Origin: the human T2T-CHM13v2.0 reference genome, Homo sapiens | Strand: one strand, 5' to 3' | Assembly: GCF_009914755.1 (NCBI RefSeq) | Contig: NC_060938.1 | Length of the DNA: 64,000 bases | In this document: in pieces, positions 1-12,879 of the stretch | Numbering within the stretch: the first letter of the stretch is position 1 | Layout: every line of letters begins with the position of its first letter | Notes under the pieces: model-generated | What the model saw: the letters and a program-made list of their open reading frames with translations, nothing else | What the model was told of the DNA's origin: nothing | Databases searched by the model: none | Made by a program: the position numbers and the translations under genes

Positions 1-190
1 ATGCAAGGTTAAAAGTTGAATTGAATTCCTATCCTAAGTTAATGATTTGTATGTGAAAGAAACCATGGGTTACAAGGAAGAAATAGTGAGAGATCGTGGG
101 AAGACTTTTGCTTGACCAGCTCAGGAATCAGCTAGGTCTAAAAGCAAACGTCACCTTCCCCAGGCACCTGATGTGGAGCTGCCTCCTAAG

Positions 191-625
191 AAAACCGTGG
201 TGTCCTGAGTGATTGATTCCCTCGTGGTTACTGAAAGCCCCATGGTGGCCCCGAGCACTCCCTGTTGGCCCTGAACCCCTGGTGTCCTCAATGTTCTTCA
301 GTGGCCATGAGTGTCTCCTGGTTGTCTTGTGGGCCTTTAGGTGGTCCTGTTACACCTGGTGGTTTCTGAGAATCTCTTGTTGGTCCTGAGTGTTTCCTGG
401 TGGTCTGGAATGCACCCTTGTCATTCTGTGGCCCCTGCTTGTGCTGAGCGCCCCCTGGTGTCCTGAGCGCCCCCTGATGTCCTAAGTGTCTCCTGGTGTC
501 CTGAGTGCCCCCTGCTGGTCTTGAGCACCCCTAGTGTTTTGAGCACCCTGCGGCATCCTGAGCACCTTCTGCTATCCTGAGTGTCTCCTAGTGGTTCTGA
601 GTGTCCCCTAGTGGTTCTGAGCACC
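191..625. repeat. Degenerate GC-rich minisatellite (~19-21 bp unit, ctgagcgccccctggtgtc) downstream of the pseudogene RSS
   Basis: Consecutive units ctgagcgccccctggtgtc (444-462), ctgagcgccccctgatgtc (463-481) and ctaagtgtctcctggtgtc (482-500), with decayed copies on both sides. Confidence 0.9.
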
Positions 626-662
626 ATTTACCACAAAGTCCCCTCTTGTCTTCCTGCAGGGA

Positions 663-700
663 AGTTTGCGTCTAGACTCACCCATATGTCCCTCACTGTG
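663..700 (-). promoter_or_regulatory. Degenerate V-RSS of the clan-III pseudogene
   Basis: Minus strand: heptamer CACAGTG (694-700), ~22-nt spacer, nonamer-like ACGCAAACT (663-671). Confidence 0.8.
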
Positions 701-990
701 TCTCTCACAGTAATACACTGCCTACTCCTCAGCTTTCCAGTAGATAATTTTAAGGGAGATTGTGATGTTAAGTGTTGTCCCCAGGAACTGTGAATCTTCT
801 TTGTGCTGGAGCAGAGCACCACTGAGAACTTCCACTTGGGTCACTCATGGCTACCACCCACTCCAGCCCCTCTCCTCCAGCCATCAGGGCCCAATAAATG
901 CTGCAGTCAGTGAAGGTGAATCTTGATGCTTTGCAGAAGAAGCTAAGAGAATAGCCAGGCTATTTTGCCAAAGACAAAAATATAGATCCA
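701..990 (-). pseudogene. IGHVIII-5-2: Degenerate clan-III IGHV pseudogene exon, by position probably IGHV(III)-5-2
   Basis: Minus strand reads PGYSLSFFCKASRFTFTDCSIYWA..GEGLEWV, then stops and frameshifts, ending GTGTATTACTGTGAGAGA plus heptamer. It lies ~10 kb J-proximal of IGHV3-6. No recognisable leader. Name assigned from gene order. Confidence 0.7.
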
Positions 991-1609
991 GTAAACCTTT
1001 GTGGTTTTCCAGGAATCTGGGGAAAAGGTGTGTGGATTAGGTGAAACACACACTTTTTAATCACAATGAAACTATTTTCATGGTGTTCAATGATAAACAC
1101 ATGGCATAAATAATTTGTGAAAACTCATAATTTTTTGAGACAAAGTGTTAACCTAAATGCATACAACTTCAAAAGTATTTAGCTGGTCATGAAACACAGA
1201 ATAAAATGAAAGCTGTATAAAAATATCTAACAATGATAAACAGGTTTGTACTAATTTCACTGCAGAAAGGGGGGCATGAATATCAGAAACAAGTATCTTT
1301 GGAAATAATTTGATGTTGTGATTGTAAAATATAAATAAGCTGCATATAAGCACGGTATTCTAGTCGATAAACATATTTTCAACAAGGGTCAGTTTAATAA
1401 TTCTAACACAATTTGTGTATTTTGAAATTGTGCACTAAGTAAATTAATGTCATATGATAGGAAAGGTTTCCTCATTTTTCAATGTCAGATTATGGACAGG
1501 CAAAGAAAGAAGGCTACGGATGTCTATGTGGATCTTGGTAGTGTGAAGAAACCAGTATCTTCTTAGGTTTAATGTAATATAGATACAGAAGATGAGATAC
1601 ATAAATACT

Positions 1610-2660
1610 TTAATTTTGAATTTTTGTGGGTAAATGGTATATGTGTATATTTATGGGGTACCTGACTTTGATATAGCATGAACTGCATAATACTCACATT
1701 ATGATGAATGGTTCCTACATCCTTTCAAGTATTAATTCTTTGAGTTACCAACATTCCATTTATACACTTTTAGTTATTTTACAATCTATAATTATGTTAT
1801 TAAGGATTATACTTAGTCTGTTGTGTTATCAAATACTATGTATTATTTGTTATTTCTAACCACTTTTTTCATCCATTGAGCATCCCCAATAATCCCCATC
1901 TACCATAGACCTTCCCAGCCTCTGGTGACCATCCTTTCACTCTCTATCTCCACGAGTTCAGTTGTCTTAATTTTTAACTTCCACAAATATATGAGAATAT
2001 GTGAAGTTTGTCTTTCGGTTCTGGGATTATTTCAATTAATATAATGAACTCCAGTTTCATCCACGTTGTTGCAAATGAAAAAATCTCATTCTCTTTATGG
2101 CATAATATTAATCCATATGCTATATGTACCACATTTTATTTATCCATCATCTGTTAATGGGCAGTTAGGATGCTTTCAAATTTTGGCTATTACGAACAGT
2201 GCTATAACAAACATGGTAGTGCAAACAACATTTTTTTTTGTGGGAGGGAGTACATGCCAGCAGCAGGATTGCTGGATTATATGACAACACTACTATTAGG
2301 TTTTGAGGAAACTCTAAACTGTTCTCCATAGTGGTTTTATTAACTTAAGTGCCCACCAACAGGTTATGAGTGTTCTCATTTCTCCATATCCTTCCCAGCA
2401 TTTGTTTCTGTCTGGCTTTCGGATGAAATCATTTTAAAATCAGATGAGATGATATTTCACTGTAGTTTTGTTTTGCATTGTTCTGATGATCAGTGTTACA
2501 CAGCACATTTTATATGCCTGTTTGCAATTTGAAAGTCTTATTTTAAGAAATAAATATCGCCTGCTTTTTATTCGGATTACTAGATATTTTTCCTATAGAG
2601 TTGTCTGAGATCCTGGTATATTCTGATCAATCCTTTGTCAGATGGGTAGTAATGTCTCTT
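1610..2660 (-). mobile_element. Old L1 (L1MA-like) 3' end fragment
   Basis: Antisense L1 3'UTR/ORF2-end motifs (ccagtttcatccacgttgttgcaaatga; ggaactctaaactgttctccatagtgg). Confidence 0.8.
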
Positions 2661-2949
2661 TCTCTCACACTATGAAAGACATGATGTCCTCATTCACAGG
2701 TGCATTCCGGGATATACACACAGTATCAATGGAAAAGCAGTCATTAGGCAGTGAGGCCTTTGACAGCCTCTACCTGATGTCTCTTTTTCGGAGTCTGTAT
2801 CTCTTAACATAACAACTGGATGTTATTCTGTACTCATTGCTGGCATGCTGTCACTGTTTTGTGTCAAAAATTCATCCACATTTTAATGCAATTAAATTTG
2901 TTCCTATTTAGAGGGTCAGTTTTTGAGGTTTGTCATGACCCAGAATGTT

Positions 2950-3078
2950 ATTTTTTTTTTTTTAAGAAAATGGGTCTAGCAATATCTTGCAGGCTGGCCT
3001 TGAAATCCTGGGCTTGGGTGATCTTCCCACATTAGCATCCTCACTAGTTGAAAATACAGGCACATGGCACAGTGTCTA
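2950..3078 (-). mobile_element. Alu monomer (FLAM-like), degenerate
   Basis: Poly-T, then caggctggccttgaaatcctgggc...gatcttcccac; a single arm only. Confidence 0.7.
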
Positions 3079-4446
3079 ACTGATTATTCTTAAATTATGC
3101 TATTTCTCATTCTCTCTGCTAAACCAAGTGGATATTGCTCTTGTGGAGCTGTCAGCTTTTCATTAATTACTTACAGTAAAAATATATTATGTGTTTTAGG
3201 ATAACTTCATGGTAAAAATTATTCACAGTCAACTGCAAATATAGTCACACAATTTCCAGAGTGCTGTATCTCTGTCTTTATGCCATTCATCTTTACCTAT
3301 AAAAATATAACAGCCTCCACCTTAGTGCACATGAAATTATTCATATATCTCAAAGTGATACTCCTGCTTTAAGAGCATAAAACTGTTTGGGAATCGTGGA
3401 CTTAAATAGTCTCATTATGCCTCTCCCAGGAATATCCCCAGAACCTCTGCCATACAAGTGAGCAGGGGTGAGAATAATTGGAGTCCTTCTTGGTTCTTGG
3501 TCAATAACGCATGGCATGGAAACTCTGTCTCGTAAGTGAGGGTGGGAGGAGGCAGGCATCCATTACATCACAGACTGGAATTTAGTCTCCACCATAGAGA
3601 TGTGACACCATGGCTTCAACTGAGATCTGAGGGAGAGAAAGCCACATCTTCTTTTCAGATCAGCTCGTGATCATGCTTCTGTCATCCTGAGCTGCAAATG
3701 AGAGAGTAATGCTTGTCTCTCAAGCATGGTGGACCCTCACTGCCCTTACTGAGACTTGGTAAATGGTTTCGTCTGTTTCAGCTGCTATAACAGAACTCCA
3801 TTAAATGGGTGGCTCAGAAATATCATAAACATTGTTTTCTGAATTCTCAAGGCTAGGAAGTTGAAGATCTAGATGCTTTTGAGATCGGTGAGGACCAGCA
3901 ATTTCTGGTGAGGACCGGCTATTATGTTCATAGGGGTGTAACTGACGGACATATCCAAACAAAAAATTTTGCATGGATGTTCATTTATATTTCCCCAAAA
4001 CTGCATACATGTTGTATTATTCCTGATCAGTTGAGCAATTATAAGGCTTGAATAAGAAACTAAAACCTGCGCATTCAGCACACATATCCCTGAAATTAAA
4101 GTAAAAAAAAATCTGTAACCAAACTTACAAATAAAGGAGGTAAGAAAATGAGGTCAGAACAGTTAACATTGAGTCCTCACGTGAAGGCCATTGGTGGTAA
4201 GTTACACAATGGGGCTGCAGTGAGATAGGCTACCAGGTGATCTAATTCTGAACCCCTCAATAACAGCCAACCAGCAATCTCTGGCAGTGGGTATGCTAGA
4301 AGTTCCCAGACATGGGAAAACTCTCTTACTCCATAAAACTGCACTGGGGTCGTCTGCAGCCTCTAAGTTCCACAGGAGCAGCTCCTACCCCAGACAAATC
4401 TCTGCTCTTTCTCTGGGGTCATGAGAGATGATGCGGAGAAGGTCAG

Positions 4447-6646
4447 TGATATGGTTTGTTTGTGTCCCCACCCAAATTTCATCTTGAATTGTAACTTCCA
4501 CAATTCCCACATGTCATGGAAGGAACCTGATGGGAGGTGACTGAATTATGGGCATGGGTCTCTCCTGAGCTATTCGTGTGATAGTGAATGAGTTTCATGA
4601 GATCTGATGGATTAAAAAGGGGAGTTTTCCTTCATGTGCACTCTTCTCTAGTCTGCCACCATGTGAGACCTGATTTCCACCTTCCACCATAATTGTGAGG
4701 CCTCCCAAGCCATGTGGAACTGTAAGTCCAATAAACCTTTCTTTTATGAATTGTCCAGTCTTGGGACCAGCGTGATAACAGACTAATACAGTAAATTGGT
4801 ACCAGTAGAGTGAGACATTGCTGAAAAGATAACCAAAAATATGGAAGTGACTTTTTAACTGGGTAACGGGCAGAGATTGGAAGAGTTTGCAGGGCTCAGA
4901 AAAAGACCGGAAAATATGGGATAGTTTGTAACTTCCTAGAGACTTGTTGAATTGCTTTGACAAAAATGCTGATAGTTATATGAACAATAAGGTCTAGCTT
5001 GAGGTGGTCTCAGATGGAGATGAGGAACTCATTGGGAACTGGAGCAAATTGTGGAATTTTGAACTTGAGAGAGATGATTTAGGGTGTCTGGCAGAAGAAA
5101 TTTCTAAGCAGCAAAGAATTCAAAAAGCCACTTGAGTGCTATTAAAGGCATTCAGTTTTAAAGGGGAAACAGCATAAAAGTTCAGAAAATTTACAACCTG
5201 GCAAGGCAGTAGAAAAGAAATCTTATTTTCTGAGGTGAAATTCAAGCCAGCTGCAGAAATTTGCATAAGTAATGAGGAGCCAAATGTTAATCCTCAAGAC
5301 AATGGGGAAAATGTCTCCTGTGAATGTCAGAAGTCTTCACGGCAGCCCCTCCCATCACAGGCCTGGAGGCCTAAGAGGCAAAAGTGGTTTTGTGGTCCAG
5401 GCCCAGGGTGCCCGTGCTGTGTGCAGCCTAAGGAGTTGGTGCCCTGTGTCCAGCCACTCCAGCTATGGCTGAAAGACGCCAATGTAGGGCTCAGGCCATG
5501 GCTTCAGATGGTGCAAACCCCAAGCCTTGGCAGCTTCCACATGGTGTAGAGCCAGTGAGTACACAGAAGTCAAGAACTGGTCCTTGAGAACCTCTGCCTG
5601 GGTATCAGAAGATGTATGAAAACACCTGGGTGTCCAGGCAGAAGTTTGCTGCAGCAGTGGGACCCTCATGGAGAACCGCTGCTAGGCCAGTGAGAAAGGT
5701 AAATATGGGGTCAGAGCTCCAACACAGAGTCCCTATTGGGGTATTGCATAGTGCAGCTGTGAGAAGAGGGCCGCCATCCTCCAGATCCCAGTGTGGTAGA
5801 TCCACTGACAGCTTGCACCATGTGCCTGGAAAAGGCACATTCACTCAACACCAGCCTGTGAAAGCAGCCAGGAGGGAGGCTGTACCCTGCAAAGCCACAG
5901 GGGTGGAGCTGCCCAAGACCAAGGGAAACCATCTGTTGCATCAGCATGACCTGGATTTGGGAAATGGAGTCATAGGGGATCATTTTGGAGCTTTAATATT
6001 TGACTGCTCTGCTGGATTTTGGACTTGCAGAGGGCCCCTTTGTTTTGGGCAATTTCTGTCATTTGGATGGGTGTGTTTATCCAATGCCAGTACCCCCATT
6101 GTTTCTAGGAAGTAACTTGCTTTTGACTTTACAGGTTTATAGGTGGAAGGGACTTGCCTTGTCTCAGATGAGATGTTAGACTGTGGATTTTTGAGTTAAC
6201 GCTGAAACAAGTTGACTCTGGGGGACTGTAGGAAAGGCATGATTGGTTTTGCAATGTGAGGACATGAGATTTGGGAGGGGCCATGGGGCAAAATAATATG
6301 GTTTGGCTGTGTCCCCACTCAAATCACATCTTGAATTTAACTCCCATAATTCCCAGTGTCATGGTAGGGACCCAGTGGTAGGTCATTGAATTATGGCTGC
6401 GGGTTTCTCCAGCACTGTTCATGTAATACTGCATGAGTTTCACGAGATCTGATGATTGTAAAAAGGGAGATCCCTGCACAAGCTCTCTTCTCTTGTCTGC
6501 CACCATGTCAGATGTGCCTTTCACCTTCCACCATGATTGTGAGGCCTTTCCAGTCATGTGGAAGTGTAAGTCCAATAAAACTCTTTCTATTGTAAACTTC
6601 CAAGTCTCTGGTATGTCTTTATCAGCAGCATGAAAACAGACTAATA
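4447..6646 (+). mobile_element. Full-length THE1 (MaLR) element: LTR 4447-4790, internal 4791-6293, LTR 6294-6646
   Basis: LTRs start t(g/a)atatggtttg and end gactaata(ca); both carry aataaa; 5-bp TSD GTCAG at 4442-4446 and 6647-6651; internal ORF fragments are MaLR-type. Confidence 0.92.
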
Positions 6647-7426
6647 GTCAGACATGATCTACTCAAGGCCTCTGCACATGGAGAAAAGCCAGTGAAAGTG
6701 GAAAATGTATTTTCTTGATTTATTGAAAAATACCTATAGAAAACACAACTGTGTGCCAGGACATCAAGCAGAATTTAAAAATTATGCAATTGGAATAAAT
6801 GTGAAAATTACAATCATTTGCAGACACACATCTGTTCATATATCTTTCAATGAAATAAAGTAAATGCCAGTGTTCTGTGTAAAAATCAACAAAGAGTGTG
6901 TTGACCCTGAGAATACACCTCTCTCCCTCCCTTTAAAGGCAGGAAAATGCACATGGATCAGGTGTCAAGCTGCTGCTTTCTGACGTCTATGCTATGGCCC
7001 AGATCCTGTGGTCCACTCTAATGAAAGGAAGGACTCTTTAGTGATTCTGAGGCAGAGTCATTGCTGGAGTCACAGGGGTTCCCCCTTGGGTAATGTTGAC
7101 TTGTAGTAGACTCAAATATGTTTTACACCTTCCTTGCACAGCACAGAAACCTAAGAATGTTTCACCCAATCCTCCGTCCATCTCTCCTTTACTCAGGGAC
7201 AGATTTCTACCATATGCCATCAGCTTCTGCAGCCACATGTCACCCCCTGTGCGTTTCCTGTCAAAAGAGTGGAAGTACTTCTTATGAAAAATGCATGAAA
7301 GCATAATCCAGTCTTGGACTTTCCATCTCAAAAGACCAATAATAACACATATATTTCAGCAAAATTATTTATCCTATGATTATGACTATATTTGGCAATT
7401 GTTTTGGCAAAAAACAAAAATCATGG

Positions 7427-8680
7427 TGTTGGATAATGAAGATGTAAGAAGGGCCAAGACTGTTACAACTTTTTATTGATGACCTGGGGCGTAGTAGGGG
7501 TAGGTGCTGACCTCAAGATAAGAGGACTGGAACCTCATTGCAACTGTCTGAGTGTACTCACGCAGGCCTGCCTGGGGTTCCAAGGCTTGCATGGCAAAGC
7601 TGTCAGTGCTGTCATCTATAATTCTAGCACCACATTTGAGGGAACAACATACTATAAAGTACATAATGAGAACTAGGGTAAGGAGTGCAATTCGCAGTTT
7701 TAAAAGTAAAGATTTGAACGCATTAGTTTATGGCTTTGTAGCCTACAAATAATTTAGAATTTCGTCCAAACTGCTGAAGAAAAAAAAACAAGAACAGCAA
7801 ACAACAGGTGTACTATATTTTTAAAGCATAATTTTTTTCTCTCTTGTCCCCATTTTTATTTAAAACAAATCAAGATAGGACTGATTTATTTGCAAAATAA
7901 ACTTTAGTCTTATTATTCATGGCCTTATTATTTGCATAAAGCACAATACAAATAATTATTGTTTACACAGGCTTTTAAAATTGGCTTTGGTGGAACTCTG
8001 TTCCATAAGGAATCTCAGATAAGACTTTTTTAAAGCCAAGCCCAGCCATGAGTTTTTACCATCAAATACCTGTAAGTCTGGTAAATTATTTTTCCTCTGG
8101 GGTCCCAGGAAAACATGGGGTTCTTGGGCCTGTTAGAAAGTGACATTCTTTACTTACCACTGGTCAGGAACCTTGTACAAAGACTGTGTGGACAAGGTAC
8201 AGGCCAGTTTTCCCAAGGGGCTCTTATTGGCTGTATAAGTCAAGTTCGATTGCTTAAGGTGAAGCACGCCATTACAGTCAAAGCCTTGGTAAAATAACCA
8301 GTTTCTCCAATTGTGTCCTGTTGCAAAAAAAAAAAAAATCTTACTGCACTTATGAAAAATCATATTGCCATAAGTTAAGGATATTCACAAAGAGTTTCCA
8401 AATTCTGGAGAAAGTGGACAGAGAGAAACAAATATTCTCCAAATTTTATGTACAGGACTATACTCAATTGTTGAAAGCTATAAATAGCTCAAAAGAAAAG
8501 TTTTCTTGGGCAACATTTTAAGTGAAAAGTCAAAAAAGATAGTCTTCTATTTGATAGTTTTATCTCTATACTATTGTAACCATCTTCAGAGTTTTTAATC
8601 AGAAATCTGCATGTGAGAGCACCTGTTAGAGTTTCATAGATGGTTATAAAACCATCACTTAAAGAGAAACAAAACAAGTC
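7427..8680 (-). mobile_element. MER4-group ERV1 internal fragment, inverted relative to the adjacent LTR8
   Basis: Minus strand contains the MER4-group internal motif TTGCAACAGGACACAATTGGAGAAACTGGTTATTTTACCAAGGCTTTGAC (recalled consensus). Confidence 0.75.
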
Positions 8681-8708
8681 GATAAGGTCAAAACTCAAAG
8701 GGAGGAAT

Positions 8709-9320
8709 TGAAGCCACCACTGCAAAGCTGCAACTGAAACAGTGAAAGAGCTGTGACCTAACCTGCTCCATCTTGCCTCAAACCTCCAGGTTGTCCTTGT
8801 GCATTCCTGGGTGTAGGCTTACCTAACATTGGGAGGAACTTAGTTTAGTTTATAGTTTAAAACAGAGACAATAACTGCCCTTTCCCAAAACAAATCTCCT
8901 TCGTCCTGGGGACTAGACTGCCTTTGGGGGACTAACGAATTAGCCAAAATATTAGAAATTATGTTTTAAGAGTCATGCAGCTGGTGGCTACAAATTCTAA
9001 CCCTTCCTAGTTTGCTCCTGGGGATAAAATGACTATTATAAAGCCTAAGATCAATGCTTTAGATATTTTACAGACTCTGCACTTGATGGATCAGCTGGCA
9101 TCACCCAGATCAATAAACTGGCTCATCCGATCTTGTGGCCCCCTCCTAGGAACTGACTCAGCACAAGACACCTTCAGCTCCCTATGATTTTATCTCTGAC
9201 CTGATCAATCAGTACTCATGACTCACTGGCTGCCCCCAACCCACCAAGCTATCCTTAAAAAATCCCATTCTTGAATGCTTGGCGAGACTCATTTCAGTAA
9301 CAATAAAACTCTGGTTTCCA
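8709..9320 (+). mobile_element. LTR8-like ERV1 3' LTR, truncated just after the poly(A) signal
   Basis: Preceded by polypurine tract aaagggagga; LTR8-like body (ctccatcttgcc...cattcctgggtgtaggc...gggaggaacttagtt); AATAAA at 9302-9307, then an (AATA)n tail at 9320-9350. Confidence 0.8.
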
Positions 9321-10606
9321 ATAAATAAATAAATAAATAAATAAATAAATGTCATGGCAACAATCAATTTTATGTGTCCCCTTGACTCATAGAGTCATTT
9401 ATTCAGTTACACACTAACCTAGGTGTTGTACTGATCCTATAATATAAGTGTTAGTAAAGCCTGCCATCATTTTTTTCCTAAGTCAGGAAGATTGTCCTAG
9501 ATAACCTAGGTGGGGCTGATTCCATCAGAGCATAAGAGATGATGATGGGACTCCATGGAGGATGACAGTGTAGGTCTTCCCAGAAATTCCAACTCCATTG
9601 ACCTGAAACCCTGTAGGATTTGCCTAGCCAGACCCTCCAATTGCTGTCACCCAGAGCTCACAGCACAATAGAGTGTCCATCCTTAGCTTTCCCCAAAGTC
9701 ACAGATGAAGGAGGAAATTCTGTGACAGTGTGAGAAACAGAAGATCAGCTCTACATCAGTATCTCATTTGAGAAAGCTACCATTATCCCCTCAGTGACTA
9801 ATGTCCACTTCATTTCCCAAATGCCTCCATGCACAGAAGACAGCAGGCGGGTCCAGGCAATGGTGAGTGGGAAAGTCCCCTCAGCCTCCCCAGGTCTCAC
9901 AGGAGCCACAGCCTGGGCCACACCTGAGTTCCAGGTAACAGGCCTGAGCCCTGAGATTTAGACCACAGAAAACACACTCTCTGTTTTCTGGGAAGGGAAG
10001 AAAAGGGAACTATGAGAATGAAGTGTAGAGAGAAGAAAAATTGATTAGCAAGTAAGGGCCAGCTGGATCAGTTCTGAGTCAGATGTGCACAGTTTTGCCA
10101 GAGGAGGGAGAACAGCTGTAAAAACTGTCAGGATTTAAGGACCCTCCCATGGGTGAGACTCCCTCTTGGCCCAAGTCTGAATCCCAAACCTATTCTAATC
10201 AGAGATTTCCACGGAGGTCTCTGCCCTGAGCCTGACTGGAAAACACTCCCCAGGTTCCACTGGGCTTCCTCAGGACACTGATCAATGTGACCAAGGCAGG
10301 GTCATTTCTGCCCCCAAGGTGACACTCGGGCTTCTGTAGGGGTGAGGATGGGTCTTCCTGTTACAAAAAACAAAACAAAACAAACAAACAAAAAACAAAT
10401 ATGTGAGGGAAGTTTAGCAGTCACAGACATCAAATGTTAGTACAGAATTGCAAATCTAGAGAAGTTCCCTCGGGTAATTTGGTAACAAGGCAGCCCCAGA
10501 TCAAGACAGGAAACCCAGCCCTTGTAGCACCTGCACTTGCCCCTGGGGTCAGCACAGTGCACAGTGTCCCAGGCTTTCCCTGGTTGTCCCAGGTACCCTG
10601 AAGGGA

Positions 10607-10645
10607 GGTTTGTGTCTGGGCTCACACTGACTTCTCCTTACCGTA
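10607..10645 (-). promoter_or_regulatory. Defective 23-RSS of IGHV3-6
   Basis: Nonamer ACACAAACC (10607-10615), 23-nt spacer, heptamer mutated to TACGGTA (10639-10645), losing the CAC. Confidence 0.9.
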
Positions 10646-11100
10646 TCTCTCACAGAGTCATATGCAGCTGCATCCTCTGCCCTCAGTCTGTTCATTTGCA
10701 GATACAGTGAGTTTTTGGTATTGTCTCTGGAAATGGTGAATCGGCCCTTCACAGAGTCTGCGTAGTACATGGTACTACCACTACCACTAATAACTGGGAC
10801 CCACTGCAGACCCTTCCCTGGAGCCTGGGGGACCCAGTGCGTGCTATGGCTACTGAAGGTGAATCCAGAGGCTGCACAGGAGAGTCTCAGGGACACCCAG
10901 GCTTTGTCAAGTTTGCTCCAGACTCTACCAGCTGCATCTCACACTGGACACCTGCAAACACAGAGACATCCTGGTAAGAAACTGCCACACATATCCACTG
11001 TTTCGCTCACTTATGTCCATTCACACTCAATAGCTCTAGTTCTCCATAAATCACCTTTTAAAATAGCAGCAAGGAAAACCCACCTCAGCCCCAACTCCAT
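10646..11100 (-). pseudogene. IGHV3-6: IGHV3-6 pseudogene (leader exon 11100-11055, V exon 10951-10646)
   Basis: IGHV3 leader and GT/AG intron are intact. The V exon starts EMQLVESG, has a 1-nt deletion in FR1 (CCTGGGTGTCCCTG), and the YYC motif reads YDS (2nd Cys lost). Lies ~6.6 kb J-proximal of IGHV3-7. Confidence 0.93.
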
Positions 11101-11223
11101 GGTGAATCCTGTATGTTCAGTGTTGACCAAGCAGAAACACCTGGGAATCCCGGGGCTGAGGCTCCTCTGCCAGAGCTGCAGGGTCAGGGTTTAGCTGGTT
11201 TTCATCAGCATGGGGAGGGCCCT

Positions 11224-11231
11224 ATTTGCGT
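11224..11231 (-). promoter_or_regulatory. Mutated octamer of the IGHV3-6 promoter
   Basis: atttgcgt (ACGCAAAT) at the position where IGHV3-7 and IGHV3-9 have atttgcat. Confidence 0.85.
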
Positions 11232-12132
11232 GTCTCCTGCTACACAGAGAGCTCTGGGGTGGGAACCCTGAGGAGATGGCAGACCCCAGATAAAATGACA
11301 GGGCCCCGCAGGAATTGGGTGACAATTATGGTATTTGGAAAATACACTGTCTTATTATGAAAATGTGTTGTGATAAACATTTTGCACTATTATATTTTTA
11401 CATATTTGTGTAAATTATGTTCTGTAGAAGTCAATGGTTTCTCCATTTACAGATGTGAAATAAACCCACACACGGAGGAGGGGCTGTGTGTGTCTCATGT
11501 CTGAGATGAATGAGCCCTGGTAGCTTGGCCTGTGCTCCACATCAGTGGCCCCAGTTACTCCCTGAACCAACTCCAGGTAAGAATTGGACATGCCTAGTGT
11601 GCTTTGTGGAACCCACTTCCTGTATTGAGAACTTGAGTGATTTTTGTGGCACTCTAGCATTCACCTAAAAATAAGGAGAGAACTAGGGTTCAGGAGGCAA
11701 ATTCTCATATATTTCTGACTTTTAATGGATATTTTGTATCTTTATACCACCGCTTTTGGTCTAATTTTTCATTTGTTTGCTTGCAATAAATTTTGTGAGT
11801 GTTAATTGGCAGATAATACACTTCACGTATTTAAAGTGTAGAATTGAAAACATGATGTAAGCGTCATCATTACTGAGGTGGACAAGTGAGTTCCCCTCAA
11901 CATTTTCTCTTGTTCTTCTGTATGTTTCCACATTTCCCCTTCCTTTATTCTACCCTTTTCCCAGGTAACTACTCATCTTTTGTATATTACTTTAGATTTT
12001 TTTCATTTGAAATAAATTACATAAATGGAGTAATATAGTACATATTCTTATTTGTCTGGCTTATTTTACTCAGCATAAATACTTAGATACTTTTCCTTGC
12101 TGTTCTGTGTACCAGAAATATATTTATTATAA

Positions 12133-12614
<482 letters not shown>

Positions 12615-12879
12615 CATATATTCATTCTTACAACAATAGTATCAACAATAACAGATAAACAGAAAAGATGGAAGTTTGCAAATTTTACTTAATGCTTCAG
12701 ATAATTGAGGGTTGAAAACAAACAAAATATTTGAAATCTAGGGAGAGGCAAGTTCCTGTAGAGAGTAATGAAGCCAGAGTATGAAATTCCCTGAGGCAGA
12801 GGCTGTCATATAAAATGTAGGCTATTACAAGATGAAGAACAAATATACACTGGATTGCTTGAAGTCGAGTGTGTTAGGC

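Noticed and set aside
191-625. CRISPR-like or switch-region-like array
   Set aside because: Units are head-to-tail with no unique spacers, there are no cas genes, the DNA is human, and the AGCT/GGGGT pentamers of switch regions are absent
5235-6115. Cluster of 100-167 aa ORFs (also at 28051-28809)
   Set aside because: Decayed MaLR (THE1/MST) internal sequence, fragmented in several frames
10554-10566. Plus-strand CACAGTG heptamers (10553-10566, 34443-34449) as cryptic RSS or D segments
   Set aside because: No convincing nonamer at 12/23 spacing and no paired 12-RSS flanking a short segment
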